IMG/VR virus record: IMGVR_UViG_2786546892_000017
Strand: one strand, 5' to 3'
Source of the DNA: a virus
Taxonomy: Duplodnaviria > Caudoviricetes
DNA: 64,000 nucleotides
Positions 47,882 to 57,234 of the stretch are shown here, piece by piece. The notes beneath the pieces are model-generated. The model made no database searches. It was given only the letters and a program-made list of their open reading frames with translations, and was not told the DNA's origin. How positions within the stretch are numbered: the first letter of the stretch is position 1; each line of letters begins with the position of its first letter. A program made the translations under genes and the position numbers.

Positions 47882-48367
47882 ATGCCACGTGATTACGACG
47901 ACGATGACAGCAGCGTTGACTTGCCCCGCCGCAAACCAAAGTCCGCCGGGATACCCGTGTGGCTAATGCTACTCCTCGGCGCCGCCGCCGCGATGGTCCT
48001 TGTCTGTGGGGCGGGGATGCTGCTGTTTGTGATCGGCCTGGGCGGGGCAGCGCGACAGGTTGCAGTGGAACAGAAAGTCCAAGAAGATAATGCGACGGCC
48101 GCTGCCAAGCAAGCCAAACTCGATGCAGACAAGGACAAGGGGACCGCGCCGGCCACAATGACGCGGGAAGAGTTTATGCGAGTCATTGACCGGAAAACTG
48201 AAAAGGAAATTATTGCCCTACTTGGCCGCCCAGAATCAACGGACTTGCATTCTGACGGATCAACATGGCGGTACATGCACCGAACGGTCGACTCGATTTC
48301 TGGGAAAACGGACTACAGTGTCCACATTCGTTTTGTTGACGGTGTGGTAAACAGCGTCACGTTCTAG
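47882..48367 (+). CDS. Membrane-anchored protein with SmpA/BamE-like C-terminal domain (superinfection-exclusion candidate)
   Basis: TM helix; EIIALLGRPE..WRY..IRFVDGVV. Confidence 0.7.
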   Translation: MPRDYDDDDSSVDLPRRKPKSAGIPVWLMLLLGAAAAMVLVCGAGMLLFVIGLGGAARQVAVEQKVQEDNATAAAKQAKLDADKDKGTAPATMTREEFMRVIDRKTEKEIIALLGRPESTDLHSDGSTWRYMHRTVDSISGKTDYSVHIRFVDGVVNSVTF

Positions 48368-48397
48368 CCCCCGCATCTCGCCCACCGCCCTCCCCCA

Positions 48398-48445
48398 CCC
48401 GACCCTTACTTCCCGGTCGGGTGGCTATCGGCTTTGACCCGCTCG
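48398..48445 (-). repeat. 48-bp 3' cassette repeat, copy B
   Basis: Inverted copy of 44608-44655. Confidence 0.85.
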
Positions 48446-49002
48446 ACCGGCCCGACTTCGGGAACCGCCACCGTCTTCACCTTCGCCCGCTGTTCGACGA
48501 TCGCACAAGCCAGCGGAACCGCCAGCAGTCCGACGGAACACGCCGACAGGATGGTCGCCACCATTAGCAACCGGGCCTTGCGGTCGCAGCCGAATAGCGT
48601 TAGGGCGGTGGCCAACACCCATTGGCCGGCGAACGCGACTTCCCCGGTCTCCGTCAGGTCCGCCGCGTACCGCGCGGCCAGCGTAACTGATGGTCTGTAC
48701 ACGGTGCCGACCTGCCGCACGAGTATGCCGTACACGATGGACGCGATGGCGCACGCGAACGCCGGCATGATCCCGATGGCCGTGGCAGGCCCGATCTTCC
48801 CCTCCGCGATGCCGGCGATCGCCCCGACCACGACAAGCCCCGCGCCCCCGCTGAAATAGCCGATCAACGCTGCCGCCTTGACGTCCAGGTCGTCGAACGT
48901 CTTGAGAGCGTAGGCGTGGTCGTCCTTGGCAGCCTGGAGCACCCACTTGTGGTCGACGCCGGGGAGCGGGATATAAGACGCTGCCCATGCCTCCGCGTGC
49001 AT
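48406..49002 (-). CDS. 3-TM membrane protein, cassette B
   Basis: LDVKAAALIG, three TMs; ends ERVKADSHPTGK. Confidence 0.75.
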   Translation of the reverse strand: MHAEAWAASYIPLPGVDHKWVLQAAKDDHAYALKTFDDLDVKAAALIGYFSGGAGLVVVGAIAGIAEGKIGPATAIGIMPAFACAIASIVYGILVRQVGTVYRPSVTLAARYAADLTETGEVAFAGQWVLATALTLFGCDRKARLLMVATILSACSVGLLAVPLACAIVEQRAKVKTVAVPEVGPVERVKADSHPTGK

Positions 49003-49031
49003 CGCGGGCGACCACTCTCTGAGAATCGAGT

Positions 49032-49175
49032 CTATTTCGGTGGGAACCCCCGGCGGAATGGAACCGGCCGCTGCTCCCGGGGTGGGACCGGCGGGGAGGA
49101 TGGCGGAGGAGGCGGAGGAGGGGGACTGGATGGCGGCGGGGGTGGCGATGACGGGGCTCCCGATGACTGGCTCAT
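49032..49175 (-). CDS. 47-aa proline-rich peptide (not in ORF track)
   Basis: Manual translation MSQSSGAPSSPPPPPSSPPPPPPPPSSPPVPPREQRPVPFRRGFPPK; AGGA upstream. Confidence 0.5.
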   Translation of the reverse strand: MSQSSGAPSSPPPPPSSPPPPPPPPSSPPVPPREQRPVPFRRGFPPK

Positions 49176-49264
49176 TGGCGTTCCTGAGAAGTAACCACGC
49201 TCAGCACCAGATAGCTAATCCGGTTGTCGTGGCGCCCACCATCATACGCCAAAACGCCCGCATT

Positions 49265-49391
49265 GTAACGACCCGCCCTCCGGCCGACACCACAGGGGAA
49301 CGCAACCCGCAGTGCCGGCCGAAAGGTTTCACACGGTAGCTACTCCGTGTTGGTCGTCACGGGAGATTGTATCTGGTGGCGTTGCCTGAGT
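49265..49391 (-). ncRNA. Motif-1 promoter plus structured leader RNA, copy B
   Basis: Inverted repeat of 43786-43912. Confidence 0.7.
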
Positions 49392-49437
49392 GGATCAACC
49401 GCTGATCGTCCGGAGGAGGAATTCCCGGGCCACTCTG

Positions 49438-51594
49438 TCACCGCCGCCCCACGATGTGCCTATCAAGCATTTCCCGGGCAGCCACCCCCACAGCACCACC
49501 CGTCGCTGCGGAGACGACGCCACTGACGACCGAGCCGCCTGTACCGCCGATCGCACGGCCCAACGCCGTGGCCAAGGGCTCGATGTATTTGCCTTCGACA
49601 AAATAGTCTCGTAATTCTTTGATCCGTACACCTATTTCCGCGGTGGTGGAAGCTATCTTGACCTCCGGCTTCTCGCCGCCAGCTTGTCCAATCCCGAAAC
49701 TTGACTCTCTGGCCTTGCGAATAACGTCATCGACAGATCCCGTCGAAACATTCCGAACGCCCTTACCCTCACTCGCCCCCTTCGTGTCGGGCGTTTCAAC
49801 ACTCTTGATGCCGAAGAATGCGTTCACGGAGTCGACAAGGTACTTGATGCCGTCTGCCACGGCTTTCACGAATCGCGCGAACGTCGAGGCGGCGCCCAGG
49901 ACGATGTTCTTCAGCAGGTTGAAGGTCGGGGCGAGTGCGTCCCCGATCGAGCTGACCAGCGGGCCGACGGAGTTGGCCAAGGCGCTGAGCGTGTCGCCGA
50001 TCGAGTCGAATGCGTCTCCCAAGGCGACCACCGATGGCTTGATCACGGCAATGATGCCGTCGAACACGCCCTTGACTATGCCGACGATTGACGTAAAGGC
50101 ATTGGCTACGCCGGAAATGATCCGCATCGCGATTCGCAGCGGAGCGGTCAGGGCGTTGACAAAAACCGATTGCATGTACGCGACGACCGGCTGGGCGACC
50201 GACATGATAGTATCGAATGCCGTCTTCATGGGAGACAAGAGGGCGGTGACGACATCCCCGATCGCCGTGACGACTGCCGATAGTACGTCAAAGACCACGG
50301 AAAGAGGGGCGAGGAGCATCGTCACAATTGGGGCCAGTGAAGCCAGAACGGACACAATCGGTTTGATGAGAGAGAGAACCGACAGGCTGAATTTCTGGGC
50401 CGCGACTCCGACCGTGATGAGCGTCGGGAGAATACTGCCGATGGCCGGGGCGATACTCTCGATCACGTTGACGAACAGGCTGATGGCGGTATCCACGTTC
50501 TTCAGGACCGCCCCGGCGCCGGTGGTCGCGATCTGAGTGAGCGTGTCGATGATGGGCGTGATGGCGGTGACGACGCGAGTGAACCCCGCCCCGAGTGCGT
50601 CGAGGACGACTTTCATCACCCCGGACAGTTTGCTGAAGATGGGTTGGAGTTCGGCCAGCGGTTTGGTTGCGGCCGCCATCACTCCCAATCCAACGGCAGC
50701 CCCCGCGATGCCGCCCAACAAAACCGAGAGTCCGCCCGTTGCGGTGCTAACAACTGATGAGAATACGCCAGTTACGGCGACAAGGGCGCCCATCCCCGTG
50801 GCCGCAGCCGCGAGTGCGGCCACCAACGCCTTGCCCTTTGGTGAAAGCGAGGCCAGTGAATCCGCCACGGCGCGCACAAGGGCAGTCGCGGAACCCATCA
50901 CGGGTAGCAACGCCTCGCCTATCGACGCGCGCAGGTCCAGCACAGCGAATTCAAACCCCTTCACGGCGGTCGGCGAAAACGCCGCGACGTAAGACGCGAT
51001 GTTGCTTTGGATGGAGCCAGTTAGCGAGTTGAGCCCGTTCGTGATCCCGCTGAAAAGTTGGGGCGCCCGTCCGAGCCCGGTTGTGAACTTCGAGTATTGG
51101 GTCGATACAACTCCGAGACCTTTTTGGAGCTGCGCCAGGGTGCCGGTTTGGGCTTTCACTTCGGCGTTGGCCTTGGTTCCTCCGGCCGTCAGTTTCTGCG
51201 TGTTGGCGACCAGCATCGCCATTTGTACGTTCGCAGGTTGCAATGCGGCGGCGATCGGCGTGACGTTCGCCAGCAGCTTCGCCACAGGGGGCGGGGACGA
51301 TTGGTTTGCTCCGGACCCAGAGGGAGTCGCACCCGATTGTGTTTGCGACCCGGTGCCCAGGCTCGGCGCCGCCTTGCCGACGTTGGCGAAGAAATTCGAG
51401 ATGGCCGATGTCAATTTGGCCAAAGGGTTCAAATTAGCAGCCGCGGACATGAGTTTGCCTAGCCCGTTGGCGAGCTGGACTATCCGCACATCGAGCGGGG
51501 TGGTGAGTCCCGCTAAAGGGTTCTTTGTCGACGACTGGCTCGGCGCAGGAGACTTCGGCTGGTTCGGTTTCGGTTGGCTTGGCAGCGGGGGCAT
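49438..51594 (-). CDS. Tail tape measure protein
   Basis: 718-aa Ala/Gly/hydrophobic helical repeats, downstream of chaperones. Confidence 0.9.
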   Translation of the reverse strand: MPPLPSQPKPNQPKSPAPSQSSTKNPLAGLTTPLDVRIVQLANGLGKLMSAAANLNPLAKLTSAISNFFANVGKAAPSLGTGSQTQSGATPSGSGANQSSPPPVAKLLANVTPIAAALQPANVQMAMLVANTQKLTAGGTKANAEVKAQTGTLAQLQKGLGVVSTQYSKFTTGLGRAPQLFSGITNGLNSLTGSIQSNIASYVAAFSPTAVKGFEFAVLDLRASIGEALLPVMGSATALVRAVADSLASLSPKGKALVAALAAAATGMGALVAVTGVFSSVVSTATGGLSVLLGGIAGAAVGLGVMAAATKPLAELQPIFSKLSGVMKVVLDALGAGFTRVVTAITPIIDTLTQIATTGAGAVLKNVDTAISLFVNVIESIAPAIGSILPTLITVGVAAQKFSLSVLSLIKPIVSVLASLAPIVTMLLAPLSVVFDVLSAVVTAIGDVVTALLSPMKTAFDTIMSVAQPVVAYMQSVFVNALTAPLRIAMRIISGVANAFTSIVGIVKGVFDGIIAVIKPSVVALGDAFDSIGDTLSALANSVGPLVSSIGDALAPTFNLLKNIVLGAASTFARFVKAVADGIKYLVDSVNAFFGIKSVETPDTKGASEGKGVRNVSTGSVDDVIRKARESSFGIGQAGGEKPEVKIASTTAEIGVRIKELRDYFVEGKYIEPLATALGRAIGGTGGSVVSGVVSAATGGAVGVAAREMLDRHIVGRR

Positions 51595-51631
51595 AAACCA
51601 ATCTCCGACACGTTACGCGGTACTACCCGGT

Positions 51632-51656
51632 GAACGTGTCGGAGAAAGGGGAACCG
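51632..51656 (-). promoter_or_regulatory. Motif-2 promoter variant
   Basis: CGGTTCCC-N10-CACGTTC. Confidence 0.6.
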
Positions 51657-51668
51657 TCTGTATCGCGG

Positions 51669-52208
51669 CTATTCGCTCGCGGGTTCGTCGTAGTTCTTTT
51701 CGGCCGTCTCGATGGCGATGCGAATATCTTCGGGGTCTGCTTTGATGGCGGTGCCCAGTTCGTTGAACAGATGGGGCACGATGGCTTTCATGGCGGAGCG
51801 CAACCCCGGCGGATTGTCGGCCGCCATGCCTACCACGTCTTCGTAGGTCATTTTCGGGTGGTTGGCTTGAAACAGTGACAGGACGTACAGGATGACTCCG
51901 GCCTCGCGATTCTTGCCGTTCCGGTATTCCACCCACAGAGGGCGACCGGGCTTCTGTTCCCCCATCATCATGCGGCGGGAAAGTTGGTCGACCTTCTCGT
52001 CGTATTTAGCCTGGTCGACGAACCCCGCCGCCAATTGGCCTCGGATGGCCCCGATTTCTTGCTTGATGAGCAGATCTTCAAACCGTTTGGAAGCGGCGCC
52101 GCCCGGTTGCCCCATTTGGTAGGTTTCGCCGTTCCACTCGACCGTTGCGAGCGGCGAGACGATTTTTTCGGCGGAACCTGTTAGCGCATGAATCTGGTCG
52201 TCAGCCAC
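51669..52208 (-). CDS. Tail assembly chaperone candidate (short paralog)
   Basis: Position before TMP; similarity to 52267..53094; motif-2 promoter 52245-52269. Confidence 0.65.
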   Translation of the reverse strand: MADDQIHALTGSAEKIVSPLATVEWNGETYQMGQPGGAASKRFEDLLIKQEIGAIRGQLAAGFVDQAKYDEKVDQLSRRMMMGEQKPGRPLWVEYRNGKNREAGVILYVLSLFQANHPKMTYEDVVGMAADNPPGLRSAMKAIVPHLFNELGTAIKADPEDIRIAIETAEKNYDEPASE

Positions 52209-52266
52209 AAGATACCCTCGCGTGCTTGCTGTCGGTAACATCTGGAAGGTGTCAGTAAACAGGGAA

Positions 52267-53094
52267 CTAACTGGTCACAGGAACCGGCCCGTAGGCAGCA
52301 ATCCATTTCTCGGTGTAATCAGCATGACACTTCTCAGCGTCCGCCACCTTCCAGCCATCCTTCATAAGTCCATTGACCATATCCCGCTTGGGAACGTAGG
52401 CTTCGGACTCATCGGGTCGACCAGGTTCCATCAGTGGCGGCAACCCCTTCCGATCTCGCTCAATTTGTTCGGCCCGCTTGCGGTTCGACCGGATGTATTG
52501 ATGTTCGATCTGGTAGTCCGTCAACGTGGCGTATTCGGACGGGTGCCAGGCGTAAGGCTCCAGGCAAAACATTTCGTAGAGATCGAGCGGGTTGAAGCGA
52601 TATGCGCGGGCAACGGCTCCGGGTGGCATCGCGTCTGTTTCGCTACTTTGCTTCGCAACGTCCGAATGAGGGATGAGGCAAGCAATTGCCAGCCGCACGT
52701 CCACCCGACAATCCGCACAGATCTCCACAGCATCAGCGACCGATAAATCCGGATGACGGTCGGTAAGAAGCGACCACACGAACAAAACGTCGCCGACCTG
52801 CGAACAATCCCCGGACGAATATCGTTCCCAAAGCGGACCGCCCGTCCGATGGTCACCAGATTCCACGCGGGCGATACACGCCTCAATCTTTTCGTCGTGT
52901 ATCGCCCGCGAAATCCAGCCGTCCCGAAGCTGTTGTTTAACCAACCGTTTTTCCGCTTCAACAACTGCGATTTCAAATCGTGCTTTTGCCGCTTGGGTCG
53001 GGTGGCCAACGTGGCAGACGACCCCACGCCACTCAATAGTGGGACATGGGCCAGCATTGCCCAAAGACTGGAGGATAGATGGGATACGATTCAT
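52267..53094 (-). CDS. Tail assembly chaperone candidate (long paralog with C-terminal extension)
   Basis: Follows major tail gene; WHPSEYATLTDYQI resembles gpT-type segment. Confidence 0.65.
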   Translation of the reverse strand: MNRIPSILQSLGNAGPCPTIEWRGVVCHVGHPTQAAKARFEIAVVEAEKRLVKQQLRDGWISRAIHDEKIEACIARVESGDHRTGGPLWERYSSGDCSQVGDVLFVWSLLTDRHPDLSVADAVEICADCRVDVRLAIACLIPHSDVAKQSSETDAMPPGAVARAYRFNPLDLYEMFCLEPYAWHPSEYATLTDYQIEHQYIRSNRKRAEQIERDRKGLPPLMEPGRPDESEAYVPKRDMVNGLMKDGWKVADAEKCHADYTEKWIAAYGPVPVTS

Positions 53095-53110
53095 TCGCCA
53101 CCTCGGCTGT

Positions 53111-53599
53111 TCACATGCCGTTGGTCACGTTCGGCAGTGCCCCGGACCCGACCGCCGTGAAGCTGAACGCCCCCGGGTTGCCGGTCGTCCCGTCCACGTC
53201 CTGGCTGCGGTCGGTGATTTTGGCCACGCACCCGTAGCGGCCGAGCGGCGACAGCTTGCTGATGATGAGGTCGAGCACGACGAACGCCCCGTCCGGGAAC
53301 TTACTGTCGGTAGTGCCCGCCGCGTCCGAGTTGTACGTCCCCGACACCTGCACCGACCAACTGGTGATGCCGCCCTGGAGCTGGTACTCGTACACGTTGC
53401 CGTACTCGCCGACCGGGTTCTCGAACCCGATGAACTTGCCACCGTCGGTCTTCGGCGCAACCGACCACTTGTTGATTTCGGCGTTGGGCAATCGGGTGAT
53501 GCTGCTCGGGGTGATGATCGGCAGATCCGTACCCGTTTGATACGCCACCAGCCCGGACGAAAGCCGCCCGCTCGTCCCGGCCCAAATTGTAAATGCCAT
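53111..53599 (-). CDS. Major tail (tube) protein
   Basis: Beta-rich, ends FSFTAVGSGAL; synteny. Confidence 0.75.
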   Translation of the reverse strand: MAFTIWAGTSGRLSSGLVAYQTGTDLPIITPSSITRLPNAEINKWSVAPKTDGGKFIGFENPVGEYGNVYEYQLQGGITSWSVQVSGTYNSDAAGTTDSKFPDGAFVVLDLIISKLSPLGRYGCVAKITDRSQDVDGTTGNPGAFSFTAVGSGALPNVTNGM

Positions 53600-53649
53600 G
53601 TCGAATCCTCCCCACCGAAACGATGGGCTTATTTTTCAGGAGGGGATGA

Positions 53650-54165
53650 TTAGTGGACGCCCGCGAACACGACGGTGACGACCGCCGCGTTGGATGAGTC
53701 GTTGTTCGTGATTCGCACGGTGTCCGATGTGCCGCTCGCCACGGTGAACCCGGCCGCACTCCACCCGGAGAGCGGGGGGCCGCCCGAGTTAATGCTCCAG
53801 GTGTTGCCAACGGCCCCGAAGTTCAACGCGATGGGATGGGTGGGGCCGGTGCCGCCGATCGTGATGCTGGACGCCCCGCCGGCCGCGAGGATGATCGTGT
53901 ACCCTTTGACCGTGGACAGCCCGGCGACGGTGGCGCCGAACATGTCCGTCAGCGACCCGCTCAGCGTGATGTCCTGGGTGCCGCTGGCCGCGATCGTGTA
54001 CGTGATCGGGACGATGGTGTTCATCTGCCCGGACGAGGTGCCGAACGCCAGAGTCGAACTGCCCGACTGCGTGTTGGCCGACGTCTGATTCGGGAGAAAC
54101 GCGGTGCCGGCCGCAGTGCCGTTGATGCCGACGCTGCCCGATTGGTTAAATGTCCCGCCGATCAT
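53650..54165 (-). CDS. Virion structural protein
   Basis: G/S/T-rich beta protein; motif-2 promoter 54191-54215. Confidence 0.7.
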   Translation of the reverse strand: MIGGTFNQSGSVGINGTAAGTAFLPNQTSANTQSGSSTLAFGTSSGQMNTIVPITYTIAASGTQDITLSGSLTDMFGATVAGLSTVKGYTIILAAGGASSITIGGTGPTHPIALNFGAVGNTWSINSGGPPLSGWSAAGFTVASGTSDTVRITNNDSSNAAVVTVVFAGVH

Positions 54166-54212
54166 TCTTGGGCACCTCTGTGTGTGCCCCGAACGTGCCG
54201 CCGAGATGGGAA

Positions 54213-54692
54213 CTACGGACCCGTACGAAGTGCCTGCACGGAATAGTCGAGCGTCACCTTGAACACGTACCCAATCGTCTCGGTCCGCGTCGTGTCCGTC
54301 ATTCGCCGCTGCTTCGGTGGGAGAATGGTTTCAATCGTCTGGCCGGTTACGGGGAGGCTGGTACACCAGTCGAACCCTTGGGCCGCGTTGTACGCCCCGG
54401 CCCCGAACCGGATGCCCAAAGCGATGGCATCCGCCGCCGCAAGGCTCAGGGCATAGATTTCGAACGTGAAGTCTGTGGTCTCGATCACCTCGTACTCGAA
54501 GGTCTGGAAGGACGGGGTGGTACCGTTGTCCTTCAGGAGCACGTAGGGCGGCTTGTACGGGTTCCCGCTGCCGTCCTTGGCCGGCACCTCGTCAAAGAGG
54601 ATGGGGACGGGCGGACTCGGCGGTGACGGGGTGGCCACCGGGAGGGACTGGTAGAACTCGACGATGGCGCCGATGATGGAAGTGGATGGCAT
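54213..54692 (-). CDS. Tail completion/terminator protein
   Basis: PYVLL..FEIYA pattern; motif-2 promoter 54699-54723. Confidence 0.7.
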   Translation of the reverse strand: MPSTSIIGAIVEFYQSLPVATPSPPSPPVPILFDEVPAKDGSGNPYKPPYVLLKDNGTTPSFQTFEYEVIETTDFTFEIYALSLAAADAIALGIRFGAGAYNAAQGFDWCTSLPVTGQTIETILPPKQRRMTDTTRTETIGYVFKVTLDYSVQALRTGP

Positions 54693-54720
54693 GCCCCGGA
54701 AGGTGACGGGGGGCGGGGAA

Positions 54721-54978
54721 CTAGCGGCGGTGGCGACGGGGCTTCTGTGCCCCATGCACCGGCTGACTCCGTCTGTTAACCCCACGGTGCGGACGGTCCA
54801 GCGACACATAAAAGTTCTTCCGGCACACTTCCGCCCAATGTTCGCGGTTGCCACGGCCGGAAGGCGGGATCGGTCCGTCATCGAGATCGGCGTCAGGGTC
54901 GCAGGTGTACGCCTCTTGGCGGTAATCGATGTAGTCTTCCCACTGTGACCAATACCCATAATCGCGGATCATCCCCAT
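54721..54978 (-). CDS. Hypothetical protein
   Basis: Fills gap between head-tail genes. Confidence 0.45.
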   Translation of the reverse strand: MGMIRDYGYWSQWEDYIDYRQEAYTCDPDADLDDGPIPPSGRGNREHWAEVCRKNFYVSLDRPHRGVNRRSQPVHGAQKPRRHRR

Positions 54979-54981
54979 TCC

Positions 54982-55362
54982 TCAATACACCGTCTGTACC
55001 AGTTTCACCTTCGCATACGGGGCAATATCCGTACTGATCATCGCCCCGTGCAAATCCACCGTCACCACGCGCAAGTACATGTTCTTCGCTTCTACGGGGT
55101 TCCCCCCCTGATTCAGCACGAACAGCCGGTCGCCACGCTGGATGCCCAGATAATTCGTCCACATCACGTGGCTGACCTGCCACCCTTCCGTCGACCCCTC
55201 GACCTGCTGTTCGCTGGTCGACTGCTCGCCGATGTAGCACTTGATCGACGCGATGCGGGTGGTCCACGCGAGTACGTTGCCCCCGTCCGCGTCCTGGGTG
55301 GACGATTCCATTTCGACGCGGGCGCGGTGAACGAGGAGGTCGTCGCCGATGGGGTCTGCCAT
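54982..55362 (-). CDS. Head closure/stopper (SPP1 gp16-like)
   Basis: QDADGGNVLAW..IQRGDRL; motif-2 promoter 55369-55393. Confidence 0.75.
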   Translation of the reverse strand: MADPIGDDLLVHRARVEMESSTQDADGGNVLAWTTRIASIKCYIGEQSTSEQQVEGSTEGWQVSHVMWTNYLGIQRGDRLFVLNQGGNPVEAKNMYLRVVTVDLHGAMISTDIAPYAKVKLVQTVY

Positions 55363-55390
55363 GACCCGGAAAGTGGGGCGGGGGCGGGAA

Positions 55391-55585
55391 CTAGACCACT
55401 GGCGACGTCACCCGCGGTTTCGCTGCCACGACTGCTCGCCCGACGATCCCGAATGCTTCGTCAACCGTGTATCCTTTTTGGATGAGAATCTTGACTTGCT
55501 GTAAAGCCGTGTGCGGGCTGCCGATTTCCCACGGTTCGCCCACTTCAGGAATAGCGTACATCGCGGGAATTTCGTTCCCAGACAT
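55391..55585 (-). CDS. Hypothetical moron protein
   Basis: Downstream of motif-1 promoter 55636-55660. Confidence 0.5.
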   Translation of the reverse strand: MSGNEIPAMYAIPEVGEPWEIGSPHTALQQVKILIQKGYTVDEAFGIVGRAVVAAKPRVTSPVV

Positions 55586-55635
55586 GGGCAGCCTCACGGG
55601 TATCGGCCCCCAACCTCCGGGAGCCTTACGTGAGC

Positions 55636-55705
55636 ATCCTACCCGCCCCGTTGCCTGAGTCGTAATCCCGGCCGCCGTCACTCAGGCAACGCGCCCAGTT
55701 AGGAT
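55636..55705. promoter_or_regulatory. Back-to-back motif-1 promoters
   Basis: CGTTGCCTGAGT-N19-ACTCAGGCAACG with TAGGAT on each outward side. Confidence 0.8.
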
Positions 55706-55748
55706 GCTGGTGTTGGCGAAATCACCGACGAAATCAATCGAGGAACAC

Positions 55749-56240
55749 ATGAACGCAGCCGATTTGGAAACTCTGTCGAATGGCCTGTCCGCCCTGAACG
55801 GCGTCATTGTGGGACTGTCCGCCAACGCGACCGATGGAGACGTGATCCGTGAGCGGACTCATGAAACGTGCGAAAAGATGTGCGAGGTACTGAAGAAATA
55901 CAGCCCGGCGTCGGCGGGATGGGTGTGCGAATCGCCCGATAAGGAGCCGGCGACCAAGCCGTCTGCTAATTCACGAACCGTCACGCCCAAGGAAGCCGGA
56001 GAAATCCTGCGAACCGACCGAGACCACCACTTTGCCGGAGCCAGCAGCGACTACGAATCTGAGGCATATCGGCTTGCTGCTGACATGCTCACCGGGAAGT
56101 GGGCGACATGCGACCGTGACCGCGAACCGGTCATCCTTCGTGGTGGCAAGATCATGACCCAAACCAGCCGGATAATCCTCCAGGCGGTTGCGCTGGCCGG
56201 GAAAGGGATAATGCTCCCGGTCGTCACGTTCCCTGCGTAG
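55749..56240 (+). CDS. Hypothetical moron protein
   Basis: GAGG RBS; motif-1 promoter; hairpin at 56256-56275. Confidence 0.65.
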   Translation: MNAADLETLSNGLSALNGVIVGLSANATDGDVIRERTHETCEKMCEVLKKYSPASAGWVCESPDKEPATKPSANSRTVTPKEAGEILRTDRDHHFAGASSDYESEAYRLAADMLTGKWATCDRDREPVILRGGKIMTQTSRIILQAVALAGKGIMLPVVTFPA

Positions 56241-56277
56241 CACCCGGCCGAACAAGGGGCCAACGGATTGGCCCCGT

Positions 56278-57195
56278 CTAGCCCATCGCAATCACCCGCC
56301 GCTTCCGCCGAAACAACGCATTCGCCAACTGGTCGGTCAAAAACGGCGTCACCCCCGGCCCATTACTCCCCGTCTGCCGCTGGAACGGCGTAATACTGAA
56401 CGACACGTCCCCCAGGCTCCGGTTCCCCTTGTACCCCAAACCCAGATTCTGTTGAAACTTCCACCGCGCCCCGGCCTCCGCGTACATCGCCTCCACGATG
56501 TCGGGCGGCACGCACGGCCCCACGGTATACGTCACGCGGATGCACCCCCGCGCGGGCTCCAGCGTGTAGGCCAGCCGGTCCGGGGCAACTTGCCACCTGA
56601 AGTCCCAGACGGTCCGAATACGGCGGAGCAGGTTCGGCGGCTGGAAAAAGTAGTCCTGCCCGAGCGTCAGGACGGTAGAGACGCCGCACGGCGAGTCGAT
56701 CGCCACTTGTGGCGCCGCGGCGTAGTTCTCCCCGCCAGCCGTGAGCGTGATGCTCGTGACCACGCCGTTGACGACCGTGGCAGTCGCCGCCGCGTCCGCC
56801 CCGCCCCCGCCGACGAAGATCACATTGGGAATCTGGGTGTACCCACTGCTGCCGCTGACGAGTGTTACGCCCGTGACTACACCGTTGGTGACGGCTGACG
56901 TCGCTGTGGCCGCCGGCAGTCCCTGGAAGCCTTCTGGGGTCGTCCCGGCGTGCCCGTACCAGTCCTGACGCACTTCGAGCACGCTGGATGCGGGTTGCCG
57001 CAGGACGGCCGTATCCGTCCCGTAGCCCGACAGGTATTCCGTCGTGGTGACGGGCGTGGGATCGTACCCGAGATAGTCGACCACCGCAGCCTGCAGGCCA
57101 CGGAGGATCGACACCGCGATTTCGGGCGTGAGACTGGAGTCGAGGGCGACCAGCCGGGCCGGGTCGCACCAGAGGGTCGGGCACGCGGTTGACAT
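56278..57195 (-). CDS. Head-tail connector/adaptor with inserted GxGY repeat module
   Basis: DYLGYD..IRVTYTVG..PPDIVEA..SLGDVS; motif-2 promoter 57201-57225. Confidence 0.75.
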   Translation of the reverse strand: MSTACPTLWCDPARLVALDSSLTPEIAVSILRGLQAAVVDYLGYDPTPVTTTEYLSGYGTDTAVLRQPASSVLEVRQDWYGHAGTTPEGFQGLPAATATSAVTNGVVTGVTLVSGSSGYTQIPNVIFVGGGGADAAATATVVNGVVTSITLTAGGENYAAAPQVAIDSPCGVSTVLTLGQDYFFQPPNLLRRIRTVWDFRWQVAPDRLAYTLEPARGCIRVTYTVGPCVPPDIVEAMYAEAGARWKFQQNLGLGYKGNRSLGDVSFSITPFQRQTGSNGPGVTPFLTDQLANALFRRKRRVIAMG

Positions 57196-57234
57196 GCTCG
57201 GAAAGTGTGACGGAGTAGGGAACTAGCGACCACC

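Noticed and set aside
43786-49391. Repeat pair as DGR template/variable repeat or as IS terminal inverted repeats
   Set aside because: No reverse transcriptase or transposase in the window; mismatches are compensatory rather than adenine-specific
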